Assembly (NCBI GenBank): GCA_965203355.1 | Contig: OZ241889.1 | Location: forward strand, 3,872,001 to 3,936,000 | Reading direction: 5' to 3' | Length of the DNA stretch: 64,000 nt | Source of the DNA: Candidatus Latescibacterota bacterium | GTDB taxonomy: Bacteria; Latescibacterota; UBA2968; UBA8231 | In this document: in pieces, positions 62,012-64,000 of the stretch | Position numbering within the stretch: position 1 is the first letter of the stretch | How the letters are laid out: the number at the start of each line of letters is the position of its first letter | Notes under the pieces: generated by a model | The model's database searches: none | Told to the model about the DNA's origin: nothing | What the model saw: only the letters and a program-made list of their open reading frames with translations | Translations under genes and position numbers: made by a program

Positions 62012-62884
62012 TCAACTCGTCTGAGTACTTGCACGCGCGACGACGACTCGGGGGATCTGGTTTAAGTCCGGTCTTATCTGAACCTCAGTCAAGCGTGCAG
62101 ACCGCGCAAGCAGGTCCTCCACGGCCGCGCTTTGGCCGTCTCCCACCTCTAGTAGTAGATGGCCTCCGGGGCGAATAAAGTCGGCCGCCTCCTCTGCGAT
62201 TCGGCGGAAGTATGCCAACCCGTCTTCGCCCCCATCCAACGCGAGATGCGGCTCGTAGTCGCGAACTTCCGGTGCCAGTTGCGCCAAATCGCTGCGGCGC
62301 ACATACGGCGGATTAGCCGCGACGAGGTCAAAAGGCTCGATGCCACGGAGGGGCGCGAACAGATCGCCGCAGTGCCACTCGACGCGCCCGGCTAGCCCGC
62401 AGTGCTGGCCGTTGGCCTTCGCCACGGCCAAAGCATCAGCCGATACGTCAGTCGCTACCACCGCGACCGCTGTCGCTTCTTGGGCCAGCGACAGGGCGAC
62501 CGCGCCTGAGCCGCAACACAAGTCGAGGGCCCGGCCCCCCGCGGGCAAAAGCTCCAAGGCCACATCGACGAGCACCTCGGTTTCGGGGCGCGGGATCAAC
62601 ACCGCCGGCGTCACGGCCAGATCTAGATGGCGAAAGGCCGCCACGCCCGTGATGTACTGCACGGGCACGCGCCGCAACCGCTGCCGCACGTATTCTCGGT
62701 AGCGATCTACTTCGCTGCGGTACAAGGGGCGTTCAAATTGCAGGTAGAGATCGAGGCGGTTGACGCCGAGCACGGCGGCGAGCAGCAACTCGGCTTGCAG
62801 GCGGGCGTTATCCAACCCCTTTGACGCAAAAAACCGGCTCGTGTTTTCGAGGATGTCGAGCAGCCGCCAAGAGCGTCCACTCAT
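62012..62884 (-). CDS. prmC: Release factor glutamine methyltransferase
   Basis: LIPRPETE, DLCCGSG, NPPY, ALDGGEDGL; the ATG at 62884 overlaps the prfA stop. Confidence 0.96.
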   Translation of the reverse strand: MSGRSWRLLDILENTSRFFASKGLDNARLQAELLLAAVLGVNRLDLYLQFERPLYRSEVDRYREYVRQRLRRVPVQYITGVAAFRHLDLAVTPAVLIPRPETEVLVDVALELLPAGGRALDLCCGSGAVALSLAQEATAVAVVATDVSADALAVAKANGQHCGLAGRVEWHCGDLFAPLRGIEPFDLVAANPPYVRRSDLAQLAPEVRDYEPHLALDGGEDGLAYFRRIAEEAADFIRPGGHLLLEVGDGQSAAVEDLLARSARLTEVQIRPDLNQIPRVVVARASTQTS

Positions 62885-63948
62885 CGGTCTAACGCCAGCG
62901 CGTCCTGCTGAGATGCGAGGGCCAACTGCTCCACGAATTGTCCAAAATCGCCATCGAGAATTTCCTCCAGGCGATAGAGGGACAAGCCAATGCGGTGATC
63001 GGTGACCCGGCCCTGCGGGAAGTTGTAGGTGCGAATTTTCGCGCTGCGGTCGCCCGAGCCGATCTGGCCAGCACGGGCGGCGTCGCGCTCGGCCTTTTGC
63101 TCGGCCTGCAATTTGTCGTAGAGCCGGGCGCGCAGGACCTTCAATGCCTTGTTCTTGTTTTTTAGCTGCGACTTCTCGTCTTGGCAAGAGACGACAATGC
63201 CCGTTGGGGTATGCGTGATTTTCACGGCCGAATCCGTGGTGTTGACGCTCTGGCCACCCGGTCCGCTAGAGCGGTACACTTCGATCTTCAAATCGTCGGG
63301 GGCAATTTCCACCTCTACCTCCTCGGCTTCGGGTAGAACCGCGACCGAGGCCGCCGAGGTGTGAATCCGGCCCGAGGCCTCAGTTTTGGGAACCCGCTGT
63401 ACGCGGTGGACCCCGCTCTCGAACTTGAGTTGACCGAAGGCGTCCGCACCCGAAACCACGAATACTACCTCCTTAAAGCCACCGGCTGGATTGTGACTGG
63501 ACGAAAGCTCCTCGGTTTTCAACCCCTTGCGTTCGGCAAAGCGATGGTACATGCGGTACAGATCGCTGGCGAAGAGCCCGGCTTCGTCGCCACCGGTGCC
63601 GGCGCGAATCTCGACGATGGCATTGCGGCTGTCGTTGGGGTCGTTGGGAATCAGCAGCACTTTGAGTGTTTCCTCTAGCTGCGCTACTTTTCCTTTCAGT
63701 TGGTCTCGCTCAGCCTCAGCCAATTCGACTAGCTCGGCATCGCTGCCATCGGAGATGATCTCCTCGGCCTCTGCGAACTGTTCCAGCGTGGCGCGGTACT
63801 GGCCCGCTAAACTCACCACTTCTTGCAAGTCGCCCATTTCCCGCGCCAGCTTCTGGTACTGAGTCGGGTTTTGGCTGGCGGCCTGATCAGCCATAAGCGC
63901 GCTTAGTTCCTCGTAGCGCAGTTCGTATTCGTTCAATTTATCTAACAC
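62881..63948 (-). CDS. prfA: Peptide chain release factor 1
   Basis: EIRAGTGGDEA, ESGVHRVQRVPKTE (PxT), GPGGQSVN, IRTYNFPQGRVTDHRI; adjacent to prmC. Confidence 0.98.
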   Translation of the reverse strand: MLDKLNEYELRYEELSALMADQAASQNPTQYQKLAREMGDLQEVVSLAGQYRATLEQFAEAEEIISDGSDAELVELAEAERDQLKGKVAQLEETLKVLLIPNDPNDSRNAIVEIRAGTGGDEAGLFASDLYRMYHRFAERKGLKTEELSSSHNPAGGFKEVVFVVSGADAFGQLKFESGVHRVQRVPKTEASGRIHTSAASVAVLPEAEEVEVEIAPDDLKIEVYRSSGPGGQSVNTTDSAVKITHTPTGIVVSCQDEKSQLKNKNKALKVLRARLYDKLQAEQKAERDAARAGQIGSGDRSAKIRTYNFPQGRVTDHRIGLSLYRLEEILDGDFGQFVEQLALASQQDALALDR

Positions 63949-64000
63949 GGATTGGCCTCAACTTCTTCATTTAGGGCGCGGCACAGCGCATATAGAGCGA

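Noticed and set aside
63958-64000. 3' end of a gene upstream of prfA (…SLYALCRALNEEV*)
   Set aside because: Only 13 codons are visible, too little to identify.

Overview
GC-rich bacterial chromosome segment; the gene content is compatible with an FCB-group or Latescibacterota-like organism, but taxonomy is only inferred. The housekeeping backbone runs: DUF4175-like/TPR/MoxR/DUF58 cluster; sufB-(Uma2 insert)-sufCDSU-sufT-rrf2; sulfatase; selB; Sua5/YciO family; SelA-like PLP enzyme; SNF2-SWIM helicase; oxidoreductases; thpR; double-length uvrA; glycosyltransferases; NamZ-like; D,D-carboxypeptidase; rlmH; tRNA-Val(GAC); hpt-like; recA; radA; prmC; prfA. Several AT-richer inserts interrupt it: two type II restriction-modification pairs, a GIY-YIG-like gene, and an island at 14008-18945. 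That island is the most interesting part. A CARF/RtcR-like sigma54 enhancer-binding protein is followed directly by a consensus sigma54 promoter. Downstream lies an array of four tiny genes missed by the ORF track, each with its own Shine-Dalgarno site: two duplicated hydrophobic peptides, a 52-aa basic protein and an Fst-like peptide, separated by hairpins. An ABC/AAA ATPase and a protein with a PLD-like HDR motif follow. This is a candidate ligand-triggered defence or abortive-infection system. Other observations: a shared candidate LexA box in the recA and uvrA promoters, two inverted copies of a ~120-bp MITE-like element, and an inverted heptamer array. All calls come from reading the sequence by eye; no searches were run.
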